A stretch of DNA of 64,000 nucleotides from an uncultured beta proteobacterium (lineage in GTDB: Bacteria; Pseudomonadota; Gammaproteobacteria; Burkholderiales; Gallionellaceae): positions 298,642-362,641 of the forward strand of contig CAVUDR010000001.1 of assembly GCA_963740305.1 (NCBI GenBank). Direction: 5' to 3'. This document shows, piece after piece, positions 39,561 through 50,450 of this stretch. Below the pieces are notes generated by a model. The model was not told where the DNA came from, did not search any database, and was given only the letters and a program-made list of their open reading frames with translations. The position numbers were made by a program, and so were the translations under genes. Within the stretch, counting starts at the first letter, position 1; each line of letters starts with the position of its first letter.

Positions 39561-40556
39561 ATGAACACTCAAACTATAGAATTCATACGTCCTGTCAAAC
39601 GCGACACTGCCCCTAAGCGCTGGCCAGTAGAAGACGTTGAAGCACTGTTCAATCTGCCCTTCGCGGATCTGATGTTCCGAGCCCAACAAGTGCATAGGGA
39701 GCACTTCGATGCGAATGCGGTGCAATTGTCTACTTTATTGTCGATTAAGACAGGCGGTTGTTCCGAGGATTGTGGCTATTGCCCGCAATCGGCCTTCCAC
39801 GATACCGGCGTAGAGAATCGCAAGATGTTGGAAGTGGAAGAAGTGGTGCGTGCCGCTAAAGCTGCACAGGATCAAGGCGCGAACCGATTCTGTATGGGGG
39901 CAGCATGGCGTGAACCTAGTGAAGGAGACATGGAAGCCGTGGTCGAGATGGTCAAGGCGGTACGCGGACTCGGTATGGAGACTTGCGCGACGCTGGGGAT
40001 GTTGAATGATGTGCAAACCGAGCAACTGCGTGACGCGGGTCTGGATTACTACAATCACAACATCGACACTGCGCCTGAATTCTATGGCGACATCATCAGT
40101 ACCCGCGATTACCAAGATCGCTTGGATACGCTGGACCGTGTTCGTAAAGCAGGTATGCATGTATGCAGCGGTGGTATCGTCGGTATGGGCGAAAACCTCA
40201 CGCAGCGTGCAGGACTGGTCGCGCAACTGGCAAACATGGAACCCTACCCTGAGAGTGTGCCGATCAACAATCTGGTCAAGGTAGAAGGTACGCCGCTCGC
40301 CGAACAGCCTGACCTTGATCCTTTGGATTTCGTGCGTACTATCGCGGTAGCACGCATCACCATGCCGACGGCGCGTGTGCGTCTTTCAGCAGGTCGTCAG
40401 CAGATGTCTGATGCCGTGCAGACCTTGTGTTTCCTCGCTGGTGCGAACTCTATCTTTTACGGTGAGCAACTACTTACCACAGGCAATCCTGAAGCAGAAC
40501 GTGATCGTGCCTTGCTGGATAAGTTGGGCATGTATCCGTTTGCGGACAAGCATTAG
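39561..40556 (+). CDS. bioB: Biotin synthase
   Basis: [10 protein letters not shown] radical-SAM motif, YNHNIDT, PESVPIN, VRLSAGR. Confidence 0.97.
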   Translation: MNTQTIEFIRPVKRDTAPKRWPVEDVEALFNLPFADLMFRAQQVHREHFDANAVQLSTLLSIKTGGCSEDCGYCPQSAFHDTGVENRKMLEVEEVVRAAKAAQDQGANRFCMGAAWREPSEGDMEAVVEMVKAVRGLGMETCATLGMLNDVQTEQLRDAGLDYYNHNIDTAPEFYGDIISTRDYQDRLDTLDRVRKAGMHVCSGGIVGMGENLTQRAGLVAQLANMEPYPESVPINNLVKVEGTPLAEQPDLDPLDFVRTIAVARITMPTARVRLSAGRQQMSDAVQTLCFLAGANSIFYGEQLLTTGNPEAERDRALLDKLGMYPFADKH

Positions 40557-41710
40557 TGGTCTTTGCAGCACTTCAAACTGAGCTGAATGAACGCGCAGCC
40601 GCAGGTTTGTTGCGCACTCGGCGGACTTTAGAAAGTCCGCAGTCACCCCACATCGTCGTCGACGGCAAGGCATATCTGGCTTTCTGTAGCAATGATTACC
40701 TAGGTCTGGCTAACGAGGATGGCATCGCGGATGCGCTACAACTAGGCATTGAGCAGTGGGGCGTGGGCGCGGGGGCGGCACATCTGGTGAGCGGACATTT
40801 TGCTGCGCACGAGCAATTGGAATGCAAGCTTGCGGAGTTCGTGCGCAAGCCAGCCACGCTGTTGTTCTCTACTGGCTATATGGCTAACTTGGGCGTAGTC
40901 CAAGCTTTAGTCGGACGTGGTGACACGGTATTCGCCGACAAACTCAATCATGCGTCATTGAACGATGCGATGCTGTTGTCGCGAGCTGAGGTGCAACGCT
41001 ATCGGCATGACGACATGGCGCAGTTGGAATCACAGTTGCAGCGCGCCACCAGCGGTAGAAGACTCATCATCACCGATGCGGTGTTCAGCATGGATGGCGA
41101 TATTGCAGCACTACCTGAACTGCTGGCACTTTGTGAAAGTTACGACGCATGGCTGCTGGTTGACGACGCACATGGTTTTGGTGTGCTCGGGGAGCAGGGG
41201 CGCGGTTCGCTTTCACATTTCAATCTTGACTCGCCACGGATCATCTATATGGCGACACTAGGTAAAGCGGCGGGTGTGTTCGGCGCATTTGTTGCCGCCG
41301 AGCAAGTGGTCATCGACAGCTTGGTGAATCATGCGCGCAGCTATGTCTATACCACCGCCGCGCCGCCGGCTTTATCGGTGGCACTCTCGGAAAGTTTGCG
41401 ATTGATAAAGGTGGGCGATGACAGGCGTGCACATTTGCAAGTACTCATTGCGCAACTGCGTAGCGGTCTGTCCGATTTGCCGTGGTCGCTGATGCCTACT
41501 GCGACGGCGATACAGCCTTTGCTTGTAGGGGATAACAAAAAGTCATTGGCATTGAGCGAGGGATTGCGCGCAAGGGGAATCTGGGTTGCGGCGATACGCC
41601 CTCCCACCGTACCTGAAGGCACGGCACGCTTACGTATCACCTTGTCTGCTTCGCATACTGCGGTAGATGTGTCGACCCTGATTGGAGCGCTGCATGAGCT
41701 TGCACGTTGA
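40556..41710 (+). CDS. bioF: 8-amino-7-oxononanoate synthase
   Basis: FCSNDYLGL, NHASL, VDDAHG, TLGKA, IRPPTVP. Confidence 0.95.
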   Translation: MVFAALQTELNERAAAGLLRTRRTLESPQSPHIVVDGKAYLAFCSNDYLGLANEDGIADALQLGIEQWGVGAGAAHLVSGHFAAHEQLECKLAEFVRKPATLLFSTGYMANLGVVQALVGRGDTVFADKLNHASLNDAMLLSRAEVQRYRHDDMAQLESQLQRATSGRRLIITDAVFSMDGDIAALPELLALCESYDAWLLVDDAHGFGVLGEQGRGSLSHFNLDSPRIIYMATLGKAAGVFGAFVAAEQVVIDSLVNHARSYVYTTAAPPALSVALSESLRLIKVGDDRRAHLQVLIAQLRSGLSDLPWSLMPTATAIQPLLVGDNKKSLALSEGLRARGIWVAAIRPPTVPEGTARLRITLSASHTAVDVSTLIGALHELAR

Positions 41711-42500
41711 GGTCTATGGGCAGGGCGAACCTTTGGTCATGCTGCACGGCTGGGGTATGCATGGCGGCATGTGGGGCGATGTTGTAGCCAAGCTCGCAGA
41801 AACAAATAGTGTGCATGTGGTCGACCTGCCGGGACATGGGTTTAATGCAGGGGGAGGGCAAAACGTCGAGCCGCAGTTACCCTGCTCTCTACTCCATTCC
41901 CCTTACTCTTTAGACTCAATCACGGAAGCGTTATGTGCAGAGTTTAGCCACCCCATCACGCTCTGCGGTTGGTCCTTAGGGGGGCAGATCGCACTGCATT
42001 GGGTGAGGCGTGAACCGCAAAAGATCCAACGCTTGATCCTAGTCTCAAGCACACCATATTTTGTACGCCAGGGCGATTGGGATTGTGCGATGGAAGCGGA
42101 GACATTGGCTGGATTCGCTGCTGCGCTTACTGAGAATTACGCGATGACACTGCGCCGCTTCTTGGCACTGCAAGTGCGAGGGAGCGAAGGTGAGCGTGAG
42201 TTACTGGCGAGTCTGCGTACGGCATTGTTCAGCCGCGGCGAACCTGATCTGGTAGCCCTGCAAGCGGCGTTGAATATTCTGCGTGACAGTGATCAGCGTA
42301 AGGAATTAGCCAGTATCGAGCAGGCCACATTAATCATCGCGGGTGAGCGTGATACCCTCACTCCATTAGCAGCCTCGGTGTATATGGCGAACAAGATGCC
42401 GAATGCACGTCTGGCCGAAATCAAGGGTGCTGCACACGCGCCATTTTTGTCGCATCCCGAGATATTTGCACAACACATAAAAGACTTCATGTATGGATGA
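41694..42500 (+). CDS. bioH: Pimeloyl-ACP methyl ester esterase
   Basis: LHGWG, DLPGHG, GWSLGG, AHAPFLSH. Confidence 0.92.
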   Translation: MSLHVEVYGQGEPLVMLHGWGMHGGMWGDVVAKLAETNSVHVVDLPGHGFNAGGGQNVEPQLPCSLLHSPYSLDSITEALCAEFSHPITLCGWSLGGQIALHWVRREPQKIQRLILVSSTPYFVRQGDWDCAMEAETLAGFAAALTENYAMTLRRFLALQVRGSEGERELLASLRTALFSRGEPDLVALQAALNILRDSDQRKELASIEQATLIIAGERDTLTPLAASVYMANKMPNARLAEIKGAAHAPFLSHPEIFAQHIKDFMYG

Positions 42501-43365
42501 ATTTGAAATAGATAAGCGTGCTATGCGCAACGCATTCAGCAAAGCGGCGCACACTTACGATGATGCGGCAGTGCTGCAGCGTGAGGTATGTAGCCGTATG
42601 TTGGAGCGATTGGAATACATCAAGCTACAGCCTAAGCGCATCCTTGATGTGGGCAGTGGTACGGGCTGGGGAACTCGCCAACTTATAGCGAAATATCCAA
42701 CTGCGCAGATGGTTTCGCTGGATATCGCCATTGGCATGTTGCAGGCCGCACGTGGACAGACAGGATGGTGGCAGAAAATATTCAGCAGCCAGAAAGCGGC
42801 GATGCTGTGTGCCGACGTCGAAGCACTGCCTATCGCATCCAATAGTTTGGAACTGGTCTGGTCTAATCTTGCGGTGCAGTGGTGTAACGATCTGCCCGCA
42901 ACCATTGTCGATCTACACCGCGTGTTGAAGGTTGAGGGCTTGTTGATGTTCAGTACCTTCGGCCCAGATACGCTCAAAGAACTACGTCAGGCCTTTCATG
43001 GTGTGGATGCACATAACCATCTGAATCGCTTTGCTGACATGCACGACATAGGCGACATGTTGTCACATGGTGGTTTTGCCGAACCAGTCATGGATATGGA
43101 ATATCTGACGTTGACCTACGAGGATGTGCGCTCGGTATTGCATGACTTGAAAGCCATAGGCGCGAACAATGCAACGGCAGGGCGTAGTCAGGGCTTGATG
43201 GGTAAGCAGGCTTGGAAGTCGCTGGTGGAGAATTACGAAACCCTGCGTAAGGACGGCAAGTTGCCCGCCACGTATGAAGTCATCTACGGACATGCTTGGA
43301 AACCCCAAGCAAAAAAACTCGCGGATGGGCGTGCCATCATCAAGACGGATTTCAAGCTGAGATGA
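42493..43365 (+). CDS. bioC: Malonyl-ACP O-methyltransferase
   Basis: F.KAA.TYD..A.LQ, LDVGSGTG, SNLAVQW, FSTFGPDTL.EL, PATYEVIYG. Confidence 0.93.
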   Translation: MDEFEIDKRAMRNAFSKAAHTYDDAAVLQREVCSRMLERLEYIKLQPKRILDVGSGTGWGTRQLIAKYPTAQMVSLDIAIGMLQAARGQTGWWQKIFSSQKAAMLCADVEALPIASNSLELVWSNLAVQWCNDLPATIVDLHRVLKVEGLLMFSTFGPDTLKELRQAFHGVDAHNHLNRFADMHDIGDMLSHGGFAEPVMDMEYLTLTYEDVRSVLHDLKAIGANNATAGRSQGLMGKQAWKSLVENYETLRKDGKLPATYEVIYGHAWKPQAKKLADGRAIIKTDFKLR

Positions 43366-44039
43366 GTTTCTTTGTTACGGGTACGGATACTTCAGTGGGT
43401 AAGACGCTGATCAGTTGCGCCCTACTACAGGCGATATCTGCGCAGGGCTTGACTACGGTGGGGATGAAGCCGGTCTCTGCTGGTGTCGATGCCGATGGTG
43501 TGAACGAGGACGTGAAGCTGCTGGCAGCAGCAAGTTCGGTGCAGGCTGATTTAGCCTTGATCAACCCCTATTCCTTTAGCGCTGCCATCGCACCACACAT
43601 TGCCGCCACACGCGAAAATAGAAGCATCTCCATTGCGCACATCACCGACTGTTATCAACAGCTGGCGCTGGCGGCGGATGTCGTTATCGTCGAAGGTGTG
43701 GGCGGTTACTGCGTGCCCTTGAACGATAGCGAAGACGTTGCGATGCTGGCAACCCAACTGGGGTTGCCGATAATCTTGGTGGTCGGCATGCGTTTGGGGT
43801 GTCTTAACCATGCGCTGTTGACACTGCGCGAGATCGAACGCAGTGGCTTAGAATGTGCAGCTTGGGTGGCGAATGTGGTTGATGCTGACATGGGTGCATT
43901 GGCGGAGAACATTGCCGCGTTAAAAGAGCGCATCGCTGCCCCTATGCTGGGCGTGGTGCAGTTTCAAGCTAAGGTCGATGTGCCGCGTGTGGTTGCATCT
44001 TTGGATATGAGTTTGTTGGGCGTGGCGTTAAGAGGGTAG
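43362..44039 (+). CDS. bioD: Dethiobiotin synthase
   Basis: TGTDTSVGKT, KPV, VEGVGG, LGCLNHALLT. Confidence 0.95.
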   Translation: MSFFVTGTDTSVGKTLISCALLQAISAQGLTTVGMKPVSAGVDADGVNEDVKLLAAASSVQADLALINPYSFSAAIAPHIAATRENRSISIAHITDCYQQLALAADVVIVEGVGGYCVPLNDSEDVAMLATQLGLPIILVVGMRLGCLNHALLTLREIERSGLECAAWVANVVDADMGALAENIAALKERIAAPMLGVVQFQAKVDVPRVVASLDMSLLGVALRG

Positions 44040-44750
44040 ATGAGCGATTTCAGTCTATATGCGGTATTCGTGGTCGGCCTGCTCGGTGGCGTGCATTGCC
44101 TAGGTATGTGCGGCAGCATCGTGGGGATGTTCACGACCCAGCTCCCTGTAAACAAGACACGCTGGCCTTTCCATCTTGCATACAGCATGGGGCGTATCAG
44201 TAGTTATGCGATCGCGGGTGCCTTAGTGGGTGCGATAGGACAAGCGGGCATGCTGATGCGTGATCAAGTGCCAGTGCAACATCTGTTGTTTGCACTATCC
44301 AGTTTGATGCTGATCGTATTGGGCTTGTATCTGGCAGGAATATGGAGCGCAGTGCGGCGCATAGAGGGTATGGGGCGTGGCTTATGGCAACGCATACAGC
44401 CGTATACCCGACGACTATTGCCCATCACTACACTGCCGCGAGCCTTGGCTCTAGGTGCATTATGGGGTTGGTTGCCCTGCGGCTTAGTGTATAGCGTGCT
44501 GGTGACTGGTCTTGCGTCAGGCAGTGCCCACCAAGGCGCGCTAATCATGGCGGCCTTTGGTCTGGGCACCTTACCCAATCTGCTGCTGATCGGCATGTTC
44601 TGGGAGCGTATCCGCCATCTAGTGCAAGCGCCTAGGGTGCGCATGACTGCAGGATTGATTGTCGCCGGTTTCGGCATTTATGGTTTAATCAAAGTCGGCT
44701 ACACCTTCTACATCAATGGTTGGGCGGGTGCTTGTCATGTTGCGGCATAA
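44040..44750 (+). CDS. TauE/SafE-like (DsbD_2) membrane protein
   Basis: GLLGGVHCLGMCG, GRISSY, GWLPCGLVY, FGLGTLP. Confidence 0.85.
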   Translation: MSDFSLYAVFVVGLLGGVHCLGMCGSIVGMFTTQLPVNKTRWPFHLAYSMGRISSYAIAGALVGAIGQAGMLMRDQVPVQHLLFALSSLMLIVLGLYLAGIWSAVRRIEGMGRGLWQRIQPYTRRLLPITTLPRALALGALWGWLPCGLVYSVLVTGLASGSAHQGALIMAAFGLGTLPNLLLIGMFWERIRHLVQAPRVRMTAGLIVAGFGIYGLIKVGYTFYINGWAGACHVAA

Positions 44751-44818
44751 AACGTGGCGCGGTGATTTTTTTCGCGCGCCTAGTCTGGCTTGGCACTATT
44801 GATTTTAGGAGAAGTGAG

Positions 44819-45397
44819 TTGCGTCACATCATCGTTTTGGCCCTCATGTTTTTTTTGGTTGCTTGTGAAGAGCCCAAGTTGCCTTCCCCATTCCATGCCA
44901 GCGAGGTGAGCGGCAAGCTGACGCAGGCCGATTTTCATCTCTATGATCCACAAGGGCATCCGCGTAGTCTGGTGGATTATCGCGGCAAGATCGTGTTGCT
45001 GTTCTTCGGTTACATCCACTGCCCAGATGTATGCCCGACCACTTTGGCTGATATGGCGCAGGCGATGAGCATGCTGGGTAAGGATGCCGACAAGGTGCAA
45101 GTGTTGTTTGTGACGGTCGATCCAGAGCGCGATACACGTGAATTGTTGGCTAAATACGTACCCGCATTCGACTCGCGTTTCATCGGCCTGTCTGGTGATA
45201 TGCAAGCCACCGCACAAGCAGCGCAAGCATTTGGGGTGAGCTATGCCAAGCAGCCGAGCAAGACCGGTTACAGCGTCGATCACAGCGCAGGCACTTACAT
45301 CATCGATGGTAATGGTAAGGTGAGATTGTTGGCGCCTTACGGGCAAAGATCAGAATGGTTGGCGCAAGACATACGGGTGTTGGCGGCATTACATTGA
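44819..45397 (+). CDS. SCO1/SenC family copper chaperone lipoprotein
   Basis: LVAC lipobox, FGYIHCPDVCP (CxxxC), VDPERD, VDHSAG; TTG start after AGGAG. Confidence 0.9.
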   Translation: MRHIIVLALMFFLVACEEPKLPSPFHASEVSGKLTQADFHLYDPQGHPRSLVDYRGKIVLLFFGYIHCPDVCPTTLADMAQAMSMLGKDADKVQVLFVTVDPERDTRELLAKYVPAFDSRFIGLSGDMQATAQAAQAFGVSYAKQPSKTGYSVDHSAGTYIIDGNGKVRLLAPYGQRSEWLAQDIRVLAALH

Positions 45398-45443
45398 GCA
45401 GATGATGGACATGGCTAGCTAGTAAGGTGGGGGGCGTGGGGCG

Positions 45444-46856
45444 ATGCATGGACAATTGAAATCGCAGCTTTATTTCGATATCACCGAAGAGAACTTGCCG
45501 ATACGAGCCGAGCAGATTCGGACGCGTTTGCGTACCTATCCACTGATGATTATTGTGCGCATCATCGTGGTGCCATTCCTGGTTGGTCTGATGTGGGAGA
45601 AAGTCGCACAAGAAGTGCTTCTGATTTGGGCTGGCGCCCTGCTCATCATTCATGGCATAGAGTCTTGGTATATATATCGCTACAAATCTCAGACGGGAAC
45701 CGTACGTGAATGCGAGGAGTGGCGTAGACGTTTGTTGATATTCGTACTACTAGTCGGCGGCATGTGGAGTGCAGGTGGATTTTTGTTGTTTGTGCCAAAT
45801 GACTTGGCCTATCAATCAATGCTAATTTGTGTAGTAGTGGGTGTCGCGGCAGGCGCAGTCACGACCAATCCAGTCTTTCCGCCAGCCTTGTACATCTTCG
45901 AGGTTTTATTGATATTGCCGCTGTCACTTTCAAATTTCATGGTCTGGGATGCCACCCATATTATGTTAGCGCTGTTACTGATGGTGTATCTGATGTATGT
46001 CCTTAATGCTGGAAAAGCGTTGGCTGATACCTTTGAGATCTCGCTGCGGCACACCTTAGAAAACGAAAAATTGGTACAGCGTTTGCGCACAGAGAATCAG
46101 CGTGTCGAATTGGCGCAACTAAGAGCCGAGCAAGCCAATCTTTCTAAGTCGAAGTTTCTCGCCGCAGCTAGTCATGATCTGCGTCAGCCTATGCATGCGC
46201 TGACGTTGTTCGTGGAAGCGCTCAAGCCGCATGTGTCTGGCGTGCACGGAGGCCGCTTAATGGCGCAAGTATCGAATTCGGTAGGGGTGTTGGGCGATAT
46301 GTTTGACGCCTTACTGGATATCTCTAGGCTAGATGCAGGTGTGGTCATGCCTAAATACCAGTACTTCACGCTACGTCAGGTATTTGACCGTATTGAATCA
46401 GAGTTCTCTTGGACAGCACGAGACAAAGAACTGACATTGACGGTACAGCGCTGCGAAGGTCAGGTATATAGCGATCCTTTACTCGTAGAACGAATCTTGC
46501 GCAATCTGATTGCCAATGCGATTCGCTATACCGAGATCGGCACGATAGAGGTGCGCTGTCGTGATGTTGAAGCAGGCCTATTGGTTGAGGTGTGTGATAG
46601 TGGCGTGGGTATCTCTCAACAGCATCTGCCACATATATTCGAAGAGTATTACCAGATTGGCAACACTCAGCGTGATCGCAGCAATGGCTTGGGTTTGGGC
46701 TTGGCCATCGTTCAGCGTTTAGCATTGTTGCTAGGTGTGAAGGTGAGTGTCACTTCTACTTTGGGTGTGGGAAGTTGTTTCGGTTTGGTCATTCCGCAGC
46801 GGGATGCGGATGTTATGATGCACGTGCAAAGACGCGTCGAAAGTAATGGGGAGTGA
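45444..46856 (+). CDS. Membrane sensor histidine kinase
   Basis: Several N-terminal TMs, ASHDLRQP H-box, NLIANAIRYT, DSGVGI, GLGLGLAIV. Confidence 0.92.
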   Translation: MHGQLKSQLYFDITEENLPIRAEQIRTRLRTYPLMIIVRIIVVPFLVGLMWEKVAQEVLLIWAGALLIIHGIESWYIYRYKSQTGTVRECEEWRRRLLIFVLLVGGMWSAGGFLLFVPNDLAYQSMLICVVVGVAAGAVTTNPVFPPALYIFEVLLILPLSLSNFMVWDATHIMLALLLMVYLMYVLNAGKALADTFEISLRHTLENEKLVQRLRTENQRVELAQLRAEQANLSKSKFLAAASHDLRQPMHALTLFVEALKPHVSGVHGGRLMAQVSNSVGVLGDMFDALLDISRLDAGVVMPKYQYFTLRQVFDRIESEFSWTARDKELTLTVQRCEGQVYSDPLLVERILRNLIANAIRYTEIGTIEVRCRDVEAGLLVEVCDSGVGISQQHLPHIFEEYYQIGNTQRDRSNGLGLGLAIVQRLALLLGVKVSVTSTLGVGSCFGLVIPQRDADVMMHVQRRVESNGE

Positions 46857-46859
46857 GTC

Positions 46860-47522
46860 ATGAAGATATTGCTAGTGGATGATCACAGTCTGTTCCGTGA
46901 GGGCATGCGCTATGTATTGCAACAACTTCAAGAACAGGTAGAGATATCCGAAGCGAGTAATTTTCCCGATGCGCTGAAACAAGCGGAACTCAACCCTGAT
47001 CTAGATCTTGCATTGGTGGATCTCAACATGCCTGGTAGTGAAGGTGCAATTTCGATTAAATTCTTCCATCAACGCTTCCCACATATTCCAGTAGTGGTCG
47101 TGTCAGGTGAGGACAGCAGAGAAAAAATGGAGAAGGTGATGAGCTATGGCGCGATGGGTTTTGTGTGCAAAAGTTCTACTGCGCCGGTCATGTTGAGCGC
47201 ATTGAATCTGGTGCTTGCCGGAGGCGTATACGTTCCGCCGCAGATGCTCCAACAACAGCATTCCACGCTAGAAGCACGCGAGCCTGAGCGTTTAGATAAG
47301 CGCAGTCTGCATACCAATGAATACGGCCTGACTGCGCGCCAGATGCAAGTGCTGGGACATCTGGCACAAGGTTTGAGTAACAAGCAAATCGCCAAAGCTG
47401 TCGATCTGGCCGAAGGAACAGTCAAGATTCACGTCGCTGCGGTCTATCAGGTGTTGCGTGTGAATAGCCGCATGGAAGCTGTGCGGGTCGCCGATCAGCT
47501 AGGCTTGCTCGGGTCGGCGTAA
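46860..47522 (+). CDS. NarL/LuxR family response regulator
   Basis: [34 protein letters not shown]. Confidence 0.93.
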   Translation: MKILLVDDHSLFREGMRYVLQQLQEQVEISEASNFPDALKQAELNPDLDLALVDLNMPGSEGAISIKFFHQRFPHIPVVVVSGEDSREKMEKVMSYGAMGFVCKSSTAPVMLSALNLVLAGGVYVPPQMLQQQHSTLEAREPERLDKRSLHTNEYGLTARQMQVLGHLAQGLSNKQIAKAVDLAEGTVKIHVAAVYQVLRVNSRMEAVRVADQLGLLGSA

Positions 47523-49789
47523 TGGCGGCTGTGGGTAAAGAGCAGGGCGGCAATCGATTGCTGATGATATTGCGTGAGTCGCGCTGGTTGTTGTTTGTCG
47601 CTTGCGCTATTTACCTTACTGTCGTGTTGTTTGGTTATCACCGCACTGATCCGGCTTGGTCTCACACCGGAACGGGTGCAATGACCCTTAATCCGGGCGG
47701 CATATTGGGCGCCTACCTTTCTGATCTATTGTTCTATTTGTTCGGCATGTCGGCATGGTGGTGGGTCGGGCTGGTGTTGCAGCGCGTCTGGGCGGGTTAT
47801 CAAAATTTACGCATAGATAGTGTGTTCGATAAACGAACTTTATGGGTTAGCAGCGTAGGTTTTTTGCTGTTGATATTGTCGAGTAGTGCGCTGGAAGCAG
47901 TGCGCTTGTACACCCTTAAAGTAGCACTGCCATTGGCACCTGGAGGTGTGTTTGGCACTGTGTTGGGTGAGGCCTTGACGCATCTGTTTGGTTTCACGGG
48001 TGCGACGCTGTTGTTGATCGCACTGCTCGCCACCAGCTTCAGCGTGTTCAGCGGTTTGTCTTGGTTGCGTTTCGTCGATGCGCTGGGTGCAAGTTTGGAA
48101 ACGACTTTTCTCTGGTTGCGTAGAACGTGGCAGACACGTCAGGACAAACGTATCGGCGCGCAGTCCTTGCAAGCACGTAGTGCCGTGGTGCAGGAGGAAA
48201 AGAAACGTGTGGAAGAGCATCAGCCCATCCATATCGAGATGGCCGTGGTTGAGGTTCCCAAGTCCGAGCGCGTGCGGCAGGAGAGTCAAAAATCGTTGTT
48301 CGCTGAGATGCCAGATTCCCCGCTACCACCGCTGCATCTCTTGGATGCTGCTGGAAAACAATTAGAGGTCGTGTCCACTGATGGGCTGGAGTTCACCTCA
48401 CGTTTGATAGAGCGCAAGCTCAAGGATTTTGGCGTGGAAGTCAAAGTGGTTGGCGCTTACCCAGGCCCGGTCATCACGCGCTACGAGATTGATCCTGCCG
48501 TGGGCGTGAAAGGTAGCCAGATCACCAATCTAGTCAAAGATCTAGCCCGCGCGCTCTCGGTGGTCAGCATACGTGTGGTCGAGACCATACCGGGCAAAGC
48601 CTTTATGGCGCTGGAGCTGCCTAACTCCAAACGTCAGATGGTGCATCTCTCAGAGATACTGAGTTCTCAAGTCTATGCTGATATGGGTTCCATGCTCACC
48701 ATAGCCATGGGTAAGGATATCGCAGGCAAACCAGTGGTCGCTGATCTGGCCAAGATGCCTCATGTGCTGGTGGCAGGTACTACTGGATCGGGCAAGTCGG
48801 TCGCAATCAATGCGATGATTTTGTCTTTGCTATACAAAGCCACGCCGCAACAAGTTCGACTGCTGTTGATAGACCCCAAGATGCTGGAGCTGTCCGTATA
48901 CGAAGGCATACCGCATCTCATCGCACCTGTGGTGACAGATATGCGTCAGGCTGCCGCAGGTCTGAGCTGGTGCGTGCAGGACATGGATAAACGCTATCGC
49001 TTGATGTCAGCACTCGGTGTGCGGAACATCGCGGGCTACAACCAGAAGGTGCGTGATGGCATCAAAGAAGGTAAGCCACTGACCAATCCATTTACGCTCA
49101 CCCCTGAGAATCCAGAGGTACTAGAAGAGTTGCCGCTATTGGTGGTATTCATAGACGAACTGGCCGATCTGATGATGGTGGTCGGCAAGAAGGTAGAAGA
49201 ACTGATTGCTCGCTTGGCTCAAAAAGCGCGTGCTTGTGGTATCCACCTAGTGCTCGCCACACAGCGCCCATCGGTGGATGTCATCACAGGGTTGATCAAG
49301 GCCAACGTCCCTACACGGGTGTCTTTCCAAGTGTCGAGCAAGATAGACTCACGTACCATACTCGATCAGATGGGTGCGGAAGCTTTGCTGGGGCAAGGCG
49401 ATATGCTCTATCTGCCACCCGGTAGCGGTTACCCCCAGCGTCTGCATGGTGCATTTGTATCCGATCAGGAAGTTCATCGCGTCATCGAATATCTCAAGTC
49501 GCAGGGTGAGCCGCAGTACATCGATGGCGTGCTGAACTCGCCGGATGAGAATGCCGAAGGGGGCGAGGGCGGAGCATCACTGGATGCAGAAGCTGACCCG
49601 CTCTATGATCAAGCGGTTGAGATTGTGCTCAAATCAAAACGCGCGTCTATATCGCTGGTGCAGCGGAATCTGCGTATAGGTTATAACCGCGCCGCACGAT
49701 TGGTGGAGCAGATGGAAGCGGCGGGTCTGGTGTCGGCGATGCAAAGCAATGGCAATCGTGAGGTCATTGCGCCCAATCGGGAAAATTGA
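47522..49789 (+). CDS. ftsK: DNA translocase FtsK
   Basis: 4TM N-terminus, [31 protein letters not shown], gamma domain GYNRAAR. Confidence 0.97.
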   Translation: MAAVGKEQGGNRLLMILRESRWLLFVACAIYLTVVLFGYHRTDPAWSHTGTGAMTLNPGGILGAYLSDLLFYLFGMSAWWWVGLVLQRVWAGYQNLRIDSVFDKRTLWVSSVGFLLLILSSSALEAVRLYTLKVALPLAPGGVFGTVLGEALTHLFGFTGATLLLIALLATSFSVFSGLSWLRFVDALGASLETTFLWLRRTWQTRQDKRIGAQSLQARSAVVQEEKKRVEEHQPIHIEMAVVEVPKSERVRQESQKSLFAEMPDSPLPPLHLLDAAGKQLEVVSTDGLEFTSRLIERKLKDFGVEVKVVGAYPGPVITRYEIDPAVGVKGSQITNLVKDLARALSVVSIRVVETIPGKAFMALELPNSKRQMVHLSEILSSQVYADMGSMLTIAMGKDIAGKPVVADLAKMPHVLVAGTTGSGKSVAINAMILSLLYKATPQQVRLLLIDPKMLELSVYEGIPHLIAPVVTDMRQAAAGLSWCVQDMDKRYRLMSALGVRNIAGYNQKVRDGIKEGKPLTNPFTLTPENPEVLEELPLLVVFIDELADLMMVVGKKVEELIARLAQKARACGIHLVLATQRPSVDVITGLIKANVPTRVSFQVSSKIDSRTILDQMGAEALLGQGDMLYLPPGSGYPQRLHGAFVSDQEVHRVIEYLKSQGEPQYIDGVLNSPDENAEGGEGGASLDAEADPLYDQAVEIVLKSKRASISLVQRNLRIGYNRAARLVEQMEAAGLVSAMQSNGNREVIAPNREN

Positions 49790-49832
49790 GTCTCTCTGTC
49801 TCAACACCACATTTCATATACAAGGTAATCGC

Positions 49833-50450
49833 ATGTTCAGTAGATCTCTCATAGCCCTCGCTGTACTTTTGTTCTCGACCGTCGTGCATGCTACGGCGAT
49901 AGATAAGCTCAAGGCATTCGTTTCCGCCACACATGCTGCACAAGCAAACTTCACGCAGGAAGTACGCGACCAGAATGGTAAGCGGGTGCAGAGTGCCTCT
50001 GGTGTGATGCAATTCCAACGCCCAGGTAAATTTCGCTGGGCCTATAAAAAACCTTACGAGCAACTCATCGTAGGCGATGGCAAGAAGTTCTGGATGTATG
50101 ACGTGGACCTTAATCAAGTCACGGTAAAGAAACTGGATGCGGCGTTGGGTAGCAGTCCTGCAGCCTTGTTATCGGGTGATAACGAGATAGAACGCAGCTT
50201 CGATCTGCTAGTGTTAGGGCGTGATGGGCCGTATGAGTGGTTGCAAGCGACACCCAAATCCAAAGAGAGTGGTTTCGACAAAGTATTGATGGGCTTTGAT
50301 GCTAAGGGAGATCTGGCTGCGATGGAGCTCAAGGATGCCTTCGGACACACTACGGTGCTGCGTTTCAGTGAGATGAAGCACAACCCCAAATTTTCTGCGC
50401 AACAATTCCACTTCACCCCGCCTGCAGGCGCGGATGTGTTGGGTGATTGA
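49833..50450 (+). CDS. lolA: Outer-membrane lipoprotein chaperone
   Basis: Signal peptide, RPGKFRW..PYEQLIVGDG, SSPAALL, F.FTPP.GADV. Confidence 0.93.
   Translation: MFSRSLIALAVLLFSTVVHATAIDKLKAFVSATHAAQANFTQEVRDQNGKRVQSASGVMQFQRPGKFRWAYKKPYEQLIVGDGKKFWMYDVDLNQVTVKKLDAALGSSPAALLSGDNEIERSFDLLVLGRDGPYEWLQATPKSKESGFDKVLMGFDAKGDLAAMELKDAFGHTTVLRFSEMKHNPKFSAQQFHFTPPAGADVLGD

Noticed and set aside
39561-44039. Missing bioA as an incomplete biotin pathway
   Set aside because: bioBFHCD with bioA elsewhere is a common arrangement and cannot be judged from one window
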